From IMG/VR virus record IMGVR_UViG_3300023179_000019: DNA of 64,000 nt. One strand, written 5' to 3'. Below are positions 49,140 to 57,254 of the stretch, piece by piece. Each line of letters starts with the position of its first letter. Positions within the stretch are counted from its first letter, which is position 1. The notes under the pieces were generated by a model. It ran no database searches. It was given only the letters and a program-made list of their open reading frames with translations, and was not told where the DNA came from. A program made the translations under genes and the position numbers. The DNA is from a virus.

Positions 49140-50404
49140 TGGCGACACCAGTTGAATTTGTGGACAAACAATGGGTAGAATGGCAAGAGTCCAACCCGCC
49201 AAGTAAGTTTGAACACATAGATAAAGAAGAATTGACCAAGACTCTAATTGGAGACTTGACCAAAGCTTCTCAGATGGATGTTCGTGAATATACTTTATAC
49301 CAAAAATGGTGCGAAGTTAAAGAACGATATCCAGTCTTTGAGGCCTCGACTCTTTGGGGTACAGAAGTTCAGATGGTTAATCCCGAGCAAAAAGAATTGA
49401 TTGAAAAAGTAAAATCTAATTTTTGGATGCCAGAATCACCTGACGATTACGAAAAATTAAAACCTGTGATGAAATTATCAAACGGTTCATTGGCAGAAAC
49501 TTGGAATGCCATACGTACCTTTTCATCCACAATGAAAAATAATTCTAACATTGGTCGCAATCTATTTTATACGGTTACTGATGATGTGACAGGTAAATAT
49601 CTTGGTGTTATTTGTATATCATCAGATTTTTTAGACTTAACTCCAAGAGATAAGGCCATCGGTTGGTCAAGAGAAGTTAAGACACAACAAGGCATGATTA
49701 ATCACACCGCAATTGGTTCTACTATCGTGCCCCTACAACCTTTGGGGTTTAATTATATGGGCGGTAAATTACTTGCCTTGTTGTGCCTTTCTGATACCGT
49801 CCAAAAAGACTGGAAAGAACGATATGACGATGTTCTAGTCGGAGTGACTACCACATCACTTTATGGTGCTACGAAGGCTGGAGGCCTATCCCAATACGAT
49901 GGACTTGAATACTGGAACAAAATGGGATTTAGTTCTGGTTCAGTTGCGTTTGAACCATCTAGGAAAACCATGAATATGGTATTTGATTGGATTAAAGAAA
50001 ATCATACTCGTAAATATTTTGAATGGTGGGAAGCCAAAAATCAAAATGGTTTACCACTTAAACGTGATCATAAAAACAGATCGTTGAACTTTGCCTACCC
50101 AAAATTAGGTATCGATAAAAAATTAATTCGTACCGAACATCAACGTGGTATCTATTTCAGTCCTCTCTATAATAATACCAATGAATTTCTCCGTAAAGAG
50201 ATTACCGATTCTGAACTGGTAAAATCGTTTGATACCAGTGAAGAAGCCCTTGCCAATATTTGGAAAACCAAGTATGCTAAGGGTCGAATTAGGCAATTAC
50301 AGAAAAAGAATAATGTTTCTTACGATTCTCTTTTCTATGATGACCTGATTTATTTGTCTTGGGAAGAAACCAAGGCAAAATATCTACCACAAGTTGGTAG
50401 ATAA
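49139..50404 (+). CDS. DUF4338 / Druantia DruA-like protein
   Basis: GRNL...D..TGKYLGVI.I.SD...L..RD..IGW; P...NY.GGKLLA; TTTSLYG..SQY; W...G.SSG, recognised from memory of the family. Confidence 0.6.
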   Translation: MATPVEFVDKQWVEWQESNPPSKFEHIDKEELTKTLIGDLTKASQMDVREYTLYQKWCEVKERYPVFEASTLWGTEVQMVNPEQKELIEKVKSNFWMPESPDDYEKLKPVMKLSNGSLAETWNAIRTFSSTMKNNSNIGRNLFYTVTDDVTGKYLGVICISSDFLDLTPRDKAIGWSREVKTQQGMINHTAIGSTIVPLQPLGFNYMGGKLLALLCLSDTVQKDWKERYDDVLVGVTTTSLYGATKAGGLSQYDGLEYWNKMGFSSGSVAFEPSRKTMNMVFDWIKENHTRKYFEWWEAKNQNGLPLKRDHKNRSLNFAYPKLGIDKKLIRTEHQRGIYFSPLYNNTNEFLRKEITDSELVKSFDTSEEALANIWKTKYAKGRIRQLQKKNNVSYDSLFYDDLIYLSWEETKAKYLPQVGR

Positions 50405-50426
50405 ACACAAGTATACCACAATATGC

Positions 50427-50456
50427 TTGACACACACACATATATAATGTTATGAT
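50427..50456 (+). promoter_or_regulatory. Sigma70-type promoter TTGACA-18-TATGAT (extended TG)
   Basis: Intergenic before the HTH gene; spacer contains (CA)n and (TA)n runs. Confidence 0.65.
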
Positions 50457-50512
50457 GTGAGAACTTGCTAACAAGGCAAGAATTTTTATTACTTTAATAT
50501 GGAGTTTTTACT

Positions 50513-50767
50513 ATGAAACAATCTGCTAAATCTAAAATCATCAACTTTCTGAGCAAAACAGAAGGTTACAACACACTTTCAGTTGCACAAGCCCGTGCTC
50601 GTTTTGGCATTCAAAATGTTGCTGCTCGCATCGAAGAATTGCGTAAAGAAGGTCATGTAATTTACACAAATACCAAAACACGCCGTGACGGCAGCAAAGT
50701 AGCTGTTTATCGTTTGGGCAAACCAACTAAAGCAATGGTTCGTGCTGCCTATTCAGTAGGTTTCTAA
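50513..50767 (+). CDS. Winged helix-turn-helix protein
   Basis: LSVAQARARFGIQNVAARIEELRKEGHVIYT...VAVYRLG; basic, 84 aa. Confidence 0.7.
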   Translation: MKQSAKSKIINFLSKTEGYNTLSVAQARARFGIQNVAARIEELRKEGHVIYTNTKTRRDGSKVAVYRLGKPTKAMVRAAYSVGF

Positions 50768-50781
50768 TCAAGCGTTAGTAT

Positions 50782-50812
50782 GGGGAGAGGTCAAATTGCC
50801 TCTCCTTTTTTT
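50782..50812 (+). terminator. Intrinsic terminator
   Basis: ggggagagg/cctctcctt stem with poly-T. Confidence 0.85.
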
Positions 50813-50832
50813 ATTAAAACATTGGAGTCCAA

Positions 50833-51651
50833 ATGGAAATATCGATTAAAAAAGAAGAACTGCAAAAGAAAAGTATATTCGTTGCTACCCCAATGTATGG
50901 CGGCATGAATCATGGACTTTATGCAAAAGCCTGCCTAGATTTACAAGGTATCTGTATGCAGTATGGCGTACAGGTCAAATTCTCATTTCTGTTTAATGAG
51001 TCCCTAATTACCCGAGCAAGAAATTATCTTGTTGATGAATTCTTGCATCGTTCAGAATGTACACACATGTTGTTTATTGATTCTGACATTCACTTTAATC
51101 CACAGGACGTAATTGCTTTGTTAGCACTTGATAAAGAAATTATCGGTGGTCCTTATCCAAAGAAAGCGATCAAGTGGAAATCTGTTGCTACAGCACTAAG
51201 AAAGAATCCAAACATCGAACTTGGTAATTTAGAAAAAATTACTGGAGATTATGTTTTCAATCCAGTTAAAGGTACCGCACAATTTACTGTTACAGAACCT
51301 TTAAGTGTTTTGGAAATTGGTACTGGTTATATGATGATCAAACGTGAAGTGTTTTCTAAAATGCAAGAAGCATATCCTTCAATTAAATACAAACCAGATC
51401 ATATCGGTCAAGCTCACTTTGATGGATCACGTTATATCCATGCCTTCTTTGATACTGTAATCGACACTAAAGATTCTATTACAGGTGGTGGTTCTGAACG
51501 TTATCTTTCAGAAGATTACATGTTCTGCCAAATGTGGCGTAAAATTGGTGGAGAAATCTTCTTGTGTCCTTGGATGAAAACATCACACATTGGTACATAT
51601 CACTTCCAAGGAGATATGCCAGCAGTTGCAAATTTTGTTGGTGAGATGTAA
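50833..51651 (+). CDS. GT-A fold glycosyltransferase-like protein
   Basis: FVATPMYGG, ESLITRARN, THMLFIDSDI (DxD), GTGYMMIKR, YLSEDYMFC. Confidence 0.7.
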   Translation: MEISIKKEELQKKSIFVATPMYGGMNHGLYAKACLDLQGICMQYGVQVKFSFLFNESLITRARNYLVDEFLHRSECTHMLFIDSDIHFNPQDVIALLALDKEIIGGPYPKKAIKWKSVATALRKNPNIELGNLEKITGDYVFNPVKGTAQFTVTEPLSVLEIGTGYMMIKREVFSKMQEAYPSIKYKPDHIGQAHFDGSRYIHAFFDTVIDTKDSITGGGSERYLSEDYMFCQMWRKIGGEIFLCPWMKTSHIGTYHFQGDMPAVANFVGEM

Positions 51652-52001
51652 TGTCTGAATTGACCAAAGGTCGTAAATTTGATGGAGGCAAATTAGAGTA
51701 TGGTTTGCTTCCACCACTTGCACTAGAAGAAACTGTAAAAGTTCTCACCTTTGGAGCTCAAAAATATGAGCGTGATAATTGGCAAAAAGTACCTGAATCA
51801 AAACGCAGGTACTTTGATGCACTACAACGACATGTTTGGTCCTGGAAACAAGGTGAACAAATTGATCCAGAATCAGGATTACACCACCTAGCTCATGCTA
51901 TGTGTTGTTTAATGTTTTTGTATGAACATGATGTCAAGTATTCCAAAGAAAGTATTGACGTTGAACTTGAACAAGCGTATGATAAAAATGTTCTTATATA
52001 A
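51651..52001 (+). CDS. dATP/dGTP diphosphohydrolase domain protein (DUF5664)
   Basis: KFDGGKL...VLTFGAQKY..DNW...YFDALQRH...GE.IDPESGLHHLAHA.CC..FL. Confidence 0.85.
   Translation: MSELTKGRKFDGGKLEYGLLPPLALEETVKVLTFGAQKYERDNWQKVPESKRRYFDALQRHVWSWKQGEQIDPESGLHHLAHAMCCLMFLYEHDVKYSKESIDVELEQAYDKNVLI
51955..51983 (+). promoter_or_regulatory. Sigma70-type promoter TTGACG-17-TATGAT for gp45
   Basis: Near-consensus, 30 bp before the gp45 start. Confidence 0.55.
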
Positions 52002-52012
52002 TGGAGTAATAA

Positions 52013-52684
52013 ATGAAACTTTCCAATGAAACCCTTTCCGTATTGAAAAACTTTGCAGGAATTAATTCTGGCATCGAATTCAAAAAAGGTAATAAACTTA
52101 CCACGATCTCATCAGGTAAAACTGTTTTGGCAAAAGCCACACTTAAAGATGAGTTCCCACAAGACTTTTGTGTGTACGATTTGAATCAATTTTTGAATGT
52201 ACATTCCTTAAACAAAGATACCGAAGTTGATTTTGATGAATCTAATATCATCTTTAAATCTGGCCGCAGCAAAGCCAAGTATCGAAAAACAGCCAGAGAA
52301 ATGATTGTAACCGCACCTGATAAGGCTTTGAGTTTGCCATCAGTTGATATCACTTTTACACTAACAGAAGAAGATTTTGGTTCCATTCTAAAAAGTGCAA
52401 ACATTCTGCAATCACCTAATATTGCTGTTGAGTCTACCGGTGACAAAATTTGTTTGACCGCTTTTAATGCAAAAGATGATTCTGCACACACGAATTCAAT
52501 TGAAGTTGCTGATGGCAACGACAATAAATTTAAAATGGTCTTTTTGACCGAAAACCTGAAAATGATTTCTGGTTCTTATGATGTTGAGATTTCTTCAAAG
52601 GGTCTTGCATCTTTCAAAAATAAGAATGTAGATATTCAATATTGGGTCGCAACCGAATCGAAAGATTCAAAATTTGGAGAATAA
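52013..52684 (+). CDS. gp45: Sliding clamp gp45
   Basis: MKLSNETLSVLKNFAGIN, YDLNQFL, ENLKMISGSYDV.IS, YWVATE. Confidence 0.93.
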   Translation: MKLSNETLSVLKNFAGINSGIEFKKGNKLTTISSGKTVLAKATLKDEFPQDFCVYDLNQFLNVHSLNKDTEVDFDESNIIFKSGRSKAKYRKTAREMIVTAPDKALSLPSVDITFTLTEEDFGSILKSANILQSPNIAVESTGDKICLTAFNAKDDSAHTNSIEVADGNDNKFKMVFLTENLKMISGSYDVEISSKGLASFKNKNVDIQYWVATESKDSKFGE

Positions 52685-52687
52685 AAC

Positions 52688-52873
52688 ATGTTCGTATATC
52701 TTAATGAAGCAACTACAGACCAACCTATCGCTATCAATCCGCAATATGTCGTTGCTGTTTTTGAGGCAGCTGATGGTGAAATGCAAGGAAAAACTATTGT
52801 TAACTTAGTTAATGGTGGTTGGGCAGTTAGTCAGACACAACTCGAAGTTGTTGCAATATTGAATGCTATTTAA
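52688..52873 (+). CDS. Small hypothetical protein
   Basis: GGAG RBS, 61 aa, IAINPQYVVAVFE. Confidence 0.6.
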   Translation: MFVYLNEATTDQPIAINPQYVVAVFEAADGEMQGKTIVNLVNGGWAVSQTQLEVVAILNAI

Positions 52874-52875
52874 AA

Positions 52876-53508
52876 ATGTTAACTTGCATTAGTATACCCC
52901 AACTAATTCATCCTCCAAAAAAGTTTATTGATTTAGCTAAAATTAAAATTAATGATTTTTTGTTTGGTGAAAAAAAAGGTTCTCCTAATGCGAGTATGTA
53001 CACAACCGGCTATGGTGAACGTGAACATGTTCGCCATGGTACCTTAACAAAAACGGTAAAACAATGTAGCGTTTCTTTGGGTGAAGAATTTGAACAATGG
53101 TCAAAGGATTATATACACCCACATCCATTCGAATCAGGAGCAACCGTTTCGATTGGTGACGCACCAATACATGGTCCACATGTAGATTTTAGACGCAGAT
53201 ATAATATGGTTTATATTTTAGATGCTGGTGGCGACAACGTGCGTACTGTTTGGTACAAAGAACGTGGTCATCCAATCGAACGCCTACATGCAGCAGGACC
53301 CGAAGGAAAAAGTTATTGGGTGAAAAATTATACCGATTTGGAAGTTATTGATGATGTAGTTTTAGAGCCGGGAATATGGTATTTGTTGAATACTAAAATA
53401 ATTCATAGTGTGGAAAACATTACAGGAAATCGTTCTATGTTTACTGTGAGTTTACCTGATATGAATCAATTTCCTTGGAAAAATAGAACGCCTGCCGATT
53501 CTAATTGA
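52876..53508 (+). CDS. Hypothetical protein, possible 2OG-Fe(II)/cupin fold
   Basis: GPHVD (HxD) and W..LNT..IHSVEN....R motif spacing. Confidence 0.5.
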   Translation: MLTCISIPQLIHPPKKFIDLAKIKINDFLFGEKKGSPNASMYTTGYGEREHVRHGTLTKTVKQCSVSLGEEFEQWSKDYIHPHPFESGATVSIGDAPIHGPHVDFRRRYNMVYILDAGGDNVRTVWYKERGHPIERLHAAGPEGKSYWVKNYTDLEVIDDVVLEPGIWYLLNTKIIHSVENITGNRSMFTVSLPDMNQFPWKNRTPADSN

Positions 53509-53541
53509 TTTTGTGATTTTTTTATATTATGGGAGTTTTGA

Positions 53542-54474
53542 ATGACACATCATGTTTTGTGGGTGGAGAAGTATCGCCCCTCTAAAGTACAAGACTGTGT
53601 TTTGCCTGAACTGGTTAAAACCACCTTTCAGGAATATGTTAACAAAAAAGAAATACCCAACCTTCTTCTTTCGGGTGGTGCTGGTGTAGGCAAGACTACA
53701 ATTGCCAAAGCACTATGCGAAGAAGTTGGTTGTGACTATATTGTTATCAATGGTTCGGATGAGAATGGTGTTGATACCATTCGTATCAAAATTAAAAACT
53801 ATGCTTCATCAGTAAGCTTGATGGGTGGCCGCAAGGTCATTATTCTTGATGAAGCAGATTATCTAACGCCTAATGCACAGGCTATTCTACGTGCTTCTAT
53901 TGAAGAATTTGCAAGTAATTGTTCTTTTATCTTTACTTGTAACTTCAAAAATCGCATTATTGATCCAATACATTCTCGTTGCACCGTCATTGACTTTCGA
54001 GTTAACGGTCAGAAAGCTAAATTGGCTGCACAGTTTTTCAAACGTGTAGAATGGATACTTGGTGAAGAAAACATCACTTATGATAAAGAAGTGGTTGCTG
54101 CTGTTATCACCAAACACTTTCCCGATAATCGTAGAATTCTAAACGAACTTCAACGATATGCGGTATCTGGCACTATCGACAAAGGTATTCTTGCAGCAGT
54201 AAGTGATATTCAATTAAATGAACTCACTAAAGCCTTGAAAGAAAAAGACTTTGCATCATGTCGTAAATGGGTCACCAACAACTTAGACAACGATCCTGCA
54301 CGAATCTTCCGTAAACTATATGATGGTCTGTATGAACTATTGAAACCAGACACCGTACCCGCACTGGTTCTTATTCTCGCTAAGTATCAGTATCAAGTGG
54401 CTTTTGTTGCTGATTCTGAAATCAACTTGATTGCTTGTTTGACAGAAATTATGGTGGACTGTGAGTTTAAATGA
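53542..54474 (+). CDS. gp44: Clamp loader large subunit gp44
   Basis: LWVEKYRP, GGAGVGKTT, IILDEAD, SRC motif. Confidence 0.95.
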   Translation: MTHHVLWVEKYRPSKVQDCVLPELVKTTFQEYVNKKEIPNLLLSGGAGVGKTTIAKALCEEVGCDYIVINGSDENGVDTIRIKIKNYASSVSLMGGRKVIILDEADYLTPNAQAILRASIEEFASNCSFIFTCNFKNRIIDPIHSRCTVIDFRVNGQKAKLAAQFFKRVEWILGEENITYDKEVVAAVITKHFPDNRRILNELQRYAVSGTIDKGILAAVSDIQLNELTKALKEKDFASCRKWVTNNLDNDPARIFRKLYDGLYELLKPDTVPALVLILAKYQYQVAFVADSEINLIACLTEIMVDCEFK

Positions 54475-55073
54475 TTTATACAAACGAAAATATGAATCTC
54501 TTTTGGACAACAAAAGAAAAAGTTTATGATTACACAAAAAACTTGACAAGTGTTGTATATGCTTTTTCTTGGTTGGATTCTATGCCACCACAGAACCAAT
54601 GGCCTTTCATGTTAGAGGAAACTTTTTATTTTGGTATGGCTGGGGGTCTAAAAGATAACTATACAGCAGATAGGAAAGAAGCACACAGAGAGCCTTCTTT
54701 GACTACTGCACCACACGCAAGAATGAAACAACATCTACCTAGGTTCAGTAATCCCAATGGTAATTTTGGTTCTGAAAAGAGAAAGTATGAACTATATCAC
54801 AGTTTGTATAGTGAGGACACTACCTCAGAAAAGACTTTTTATATTGCACTTCTAATACCAAAAAGTCATGTTCCAGCAGTTGGTATGAGAAATTTACTAT
54901 CATTGGTTGAGAGTGAACAAATTTATCAATATCAAAAAATGTTTGGTCGTTTACCTTATTTAAATCTTGCAGAAGCCGATGATTTTAGTGATTCTAGAAA
55001 AAAAGAAGATTCTATTTCTCAGAAGTATATAAAGAGAATTAACAAACAAGATATAACGCAATGGATGAATTAA
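54471..55073 (+). CDS. Hypothetical protein, possible GIY-YIG nuclease
   Basis: VVYAF...FYFGMA...RMKQH...LVESE...LPYLN spacing resembles GIY-YIG. Confidence 0.4.
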   Translation: MIYTNENMNLFWTTKEKVYDYTKNLTSVVYAFSWLDSMPPQNQWPFMLEETFYFGMAGGLKDNYTADRKEAHREPSLTTAPHARMKQHLPRFSNPNGNFGSEKRKYELYHSLYSEDTTSEKTFYIALLIPKSHVPAVGMRNLLSLVESEQIYQYQKMFGRLPYLNLAEADDFSDSRKKEDSISQKYIKRINKQDITQWMN

Positions 55074-55074
55074 T

Positions 55075-55461
55075 ATGCCTGACCTGTTCAAAGAAATTAT
55101 TCCATCCATACTCACAACTAAAAAATCTGTAATCTATGATGAGTTAGATTTAAAGGACTATCATCCTTTCTTGGTTAACCGTGCCTTGTCTTATCACATG
55201 GATTGTGTTTTGTATGCAAATGAAATTAATCTTCATCCGCATCTAGACAAGGATCTACAATATCACTATCTTCTAAATACTATAAGGTCGATGAAACGGA
55301 AATTTCAACCGTGGCAGAAATCATCAACCGATAAAGACATAGAATCCGTTAAGACTTATTTTGGTTACTCAAATGAGAAGGCCAAAGAAGCTCTGCGTAT
55401 TCTTAATGAAGAACAACTCGCTGAAATAAGAAAAAAAACAGATAAAGGCGGAACAAAGTGA
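55075..55461 (+). CDS. gp62: Clamp loader small subunit gp62
   Basis: YHPFLVNRALSYHMDC...ANEIN, QY.YLLNTIR..KR.F..W, YFGYSNEKAKEAL. Confidence 0.92.
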   Translation: MPDLFKEIIPSILTTKKSVIYDELDLKDYHPFLVNRALSYHMDCVLYANEINLHPHLDKDLQYHYLLNTIRSMKRKFQPWQKSSTDKDIESVKTYFGYSNEKAKEALRILNEEQLAEIRKKTDKGGTK

Positions 55462-55868
55462 TGATTAATATTACAGACTTAGTTGAAGTGACTTTAAAAG
55501 AAAAAGACGATTTTCTCAAAGTTCGTGAAACGTTAACACGAATTGGTATCGCATCAAAAAAAGAAAACATACTATACCAATCCTGTCATATTTTACACAA
55601 ACAAGGTAAGTACTACATCGTACATTTTAAAGAATTGTTTGCTTTAGATGGTAAACCAACAGACATTTCCGAAAATGATTTGTCACGCAGAAATGCAATT
55701 GTTAAACTACTACAGGATTGGGGTCTTGTGGGTATTGTGAATGTATCGAAAATTGAAAACCCACCTCCAATTTTCTTATCACAAATAAAAATTATTCCAC
55801 ACAAAGAAAAAGACAAGTGGGAATTGGTACCAAAATACCAAATCGGAGCTAAGATTAAGAAGGAATAG
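55458..55868 (+). CDS. regA: Translational repressor RegA
   Basis: DDFLKVRETLTRIGIAS, LYQSCHILHKQGKYYIVHFKELFALDG. Confidence 0.96.
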   Translation: MMINITDLVEVTLKEKDDFLKVRETLTRIGIASKKENILYQSCHILHKQGKYYIVHFKELFALDGKPTDISENDLSRRNAIVKLLQDWGLVGIVNVSKIENPPPIFLSQIKIIPHKEKDKWELVPKYQIGAKIKKE

Positions 55869-55875
55869 GTGTAAA

Positions 55876-56288
55876 ATGTTAAAGACTTTCAAACAATATT
55901 TGTTCACCATAACGGTAAACATGTAGGAACAATAGAAAGTTATCATGGTACACATAAAGGTGACACTGAACCTAATGTTTTACATGTTAATAGAACAGCA
56001 TTGCATCAAAAACACCAAGGAAAACATGTTATGAGTGATGTTTATAAACACTTAATTAAGCATCATGGAATAAATTTAAGGTCCGACCACCAATTATCAG
56101 GAGCTGGCGCTAAAATGTGGCATAATGTATATAAGGATCCTGAAATTAAAGTCACCAGAGCTCACCGATTGACACCAGAAAATAAAATGAAAGTAACAGA
56201 CGACCCTAATGATTATGAAAAAAATCATTTTCATCCATTTGCTGGGGATTATGGTACACATTTTGATGCAAGAGCAAAAAAATCATAA
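55876..56288 (+). pseudogene. Frameshifted His-rich gene (MLKTFKQYL start, GNAT-like body)
   Basis: The ATG 55876 frame stops at 55926. The -1 frame is open 55875-56288 (FVHHNGKHVG...HQGKHVM...SDHQLSGAGAKMW) with no ATG of its own near the start. Confidence 0.5.
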
Positions 56289-56293
56289 AATGC

Positions 56294-56323
56294 TTGACAC
56301 ATTAGTATAAATACTAATATAAT
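56294..56323 (+). promoter_or_regulatory. Composite promoter: TTGACA-18-TATAAT with late TATAAATA (56306-56313) inside the spacer
   Basis: Both consensus sequences present; the spacer is palindromic (attagta-taaa-tactaat). Confidence 0.7.
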
Positions 56324-56384
56324 TATGGTGCCGTGCTCATCGAGGCGGCAATTTTTTAAAACTCGCTTAACTAAGGAGAAAGCA

Positions 56385-56834
56385 ATGACTTACATTAAAG
56401 ATGTATTTGGTAAGGACCTTTTTGGTCAATTTCAACCATTCACGGTCGGTTTCGATCACACTCTAGACACACTCAAACAAATTGCGGAACAATCTGCAAA
56501 GGTTGCTGGGTATCCTCCGTACAATATCAAACAAGTCAAAGATAACAAATATGTTATTGAAATGGCTGTTGCTGGATTTGGAAAATCTGATATTGAAATG
56601 ACGCTAGATGGCAACAAACTAGTCATCAAAGGTGCAACAAAGGATGATCCGGAAACTGATTATCTATACAAAGGTATTGCAAATCGTTCTTTTGAACGCA
56701 CTTTTACTTTAGCTGATAAAGTTGAAATTAAAGATGCAGAATTGGTAAACGGCATGCTTAAGGTTTGGTTAGAGAATATGATCAAAGCTCAAGACGCAAT
56801 TAAGAAAATTACAATTAAAGAAAAGAACGAATAA
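56385..56834 (+). CDS. hsp20: Small heat shock protein Hsp20
   Basis: YPPYNI, IEMAVAGF, YLYKGIANRSFERTFTLA, AELVNGML; AAGGAG RBS selects ATG 56385. Confidence 0.93.
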   Translation: MTYIKDVFGKDLFGQFQPFTVGFDHTLDTLKQIAEQSAKVAGYPPYNIKQVKDNKYVIEMAVAGFGKSDIEMTLDGNKLVIKGATKDDPETDYLYKGIANRSFERTFTLADKVEIKDAELVNGMLKVWLENMIKAQDAIKKITIKEKNE

Positions 56835-56923
56835 TGAAAAACTTTCTTAAAAATTTTTATCATACTTGGTTAGAAGTTCGTAAGATGCAAACTGAATACG
56901 CTTATCGCACCCGTGGGGTCTAA
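56834..56923 (+). CDS. 29-aa peptide MKNFLKNFYHTWLEVRKMQTEYAYRTRGV
   Basis: TAATG overlap with the hsp20 stop; below the ORF-track cutoff. Confidence 0.5.
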   Translation: MKNFLKNFYHTWLEVRKMQTEYAYRTRGV

Positions 56924-56924
56924 T

Positions 56925-56990
56925 ATGTGTAATTGGTGGCCCGTATCTGACGAAGAATGGGAAAATCTAAATTTTCCTAAAAACAAATAA
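56925..56990 (+). CDS. 21-aa peptide MCNWWPVSDEEWENLNFPKNK
   Basis: Starts 1 nt after the previous stop and ends before the terminator. Confidence 0.45.
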   Translation: MCNWWPVSDEEWENLNFPKNK

Positions 56991-57001
56991 GTGGTAAATA
57001 A

Positions 57002-57033
57002 ATAGGGGATTGTTGACAATTCCCTATTTTTTT
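57002..57033 (+). terminator. Intrinsic terminator after the hsp20 operon
   Basis: ataggggattg/caattccctat stem followed by a T tract. Confidence 0.7.
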
Positions 57034-57041
57034 GTTATACT
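57013..57041 (+). promoter_or_regulatory. Sigma70 promoter TTGACA-17-TATACT (extended TG)
   Basis: Near-perfect consensus upstream of the 57045-62111 gene run. Confidence 0.8.
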
Positions 57042-57044
57042 CCA

Positions 57045-57254
57045 GTGATTATGAAAAAATTGACCCAAAATCCCAAAGAAGTCCTAAAAAAAGTTCGTTC
57101 TCGCACGAACTTGGATACCTTTTATACATACTCCCACTGGCCATCTAAAGAAATTGATGGTGTCACTTTTGTTCCTGTAGTAAAAAACTTACCAGGGGTC
57201 CAAACCCAAACGCTACACTATATGCGTAAAGATAATTTGGAATATGTCAGATGA
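57045..57254 (+). CDS. Hypothetical protein
   Basis: 69 aa; ATGA overlap with the next gene. Confidence 0.6.
   Translation: MIMKKLTQNPKEVLKKVRSRTNLDTFYTYSHWPSKEIDGVTFVPVVKNLPGVQTQTLHYMRKDNLEYVR

Noticed and set aside
56325-56384. Longer hsp20 start at 56325
   Set aside because: It lies at the promoter and hairpin; the AAGGAG RBS points to ATG 56385.
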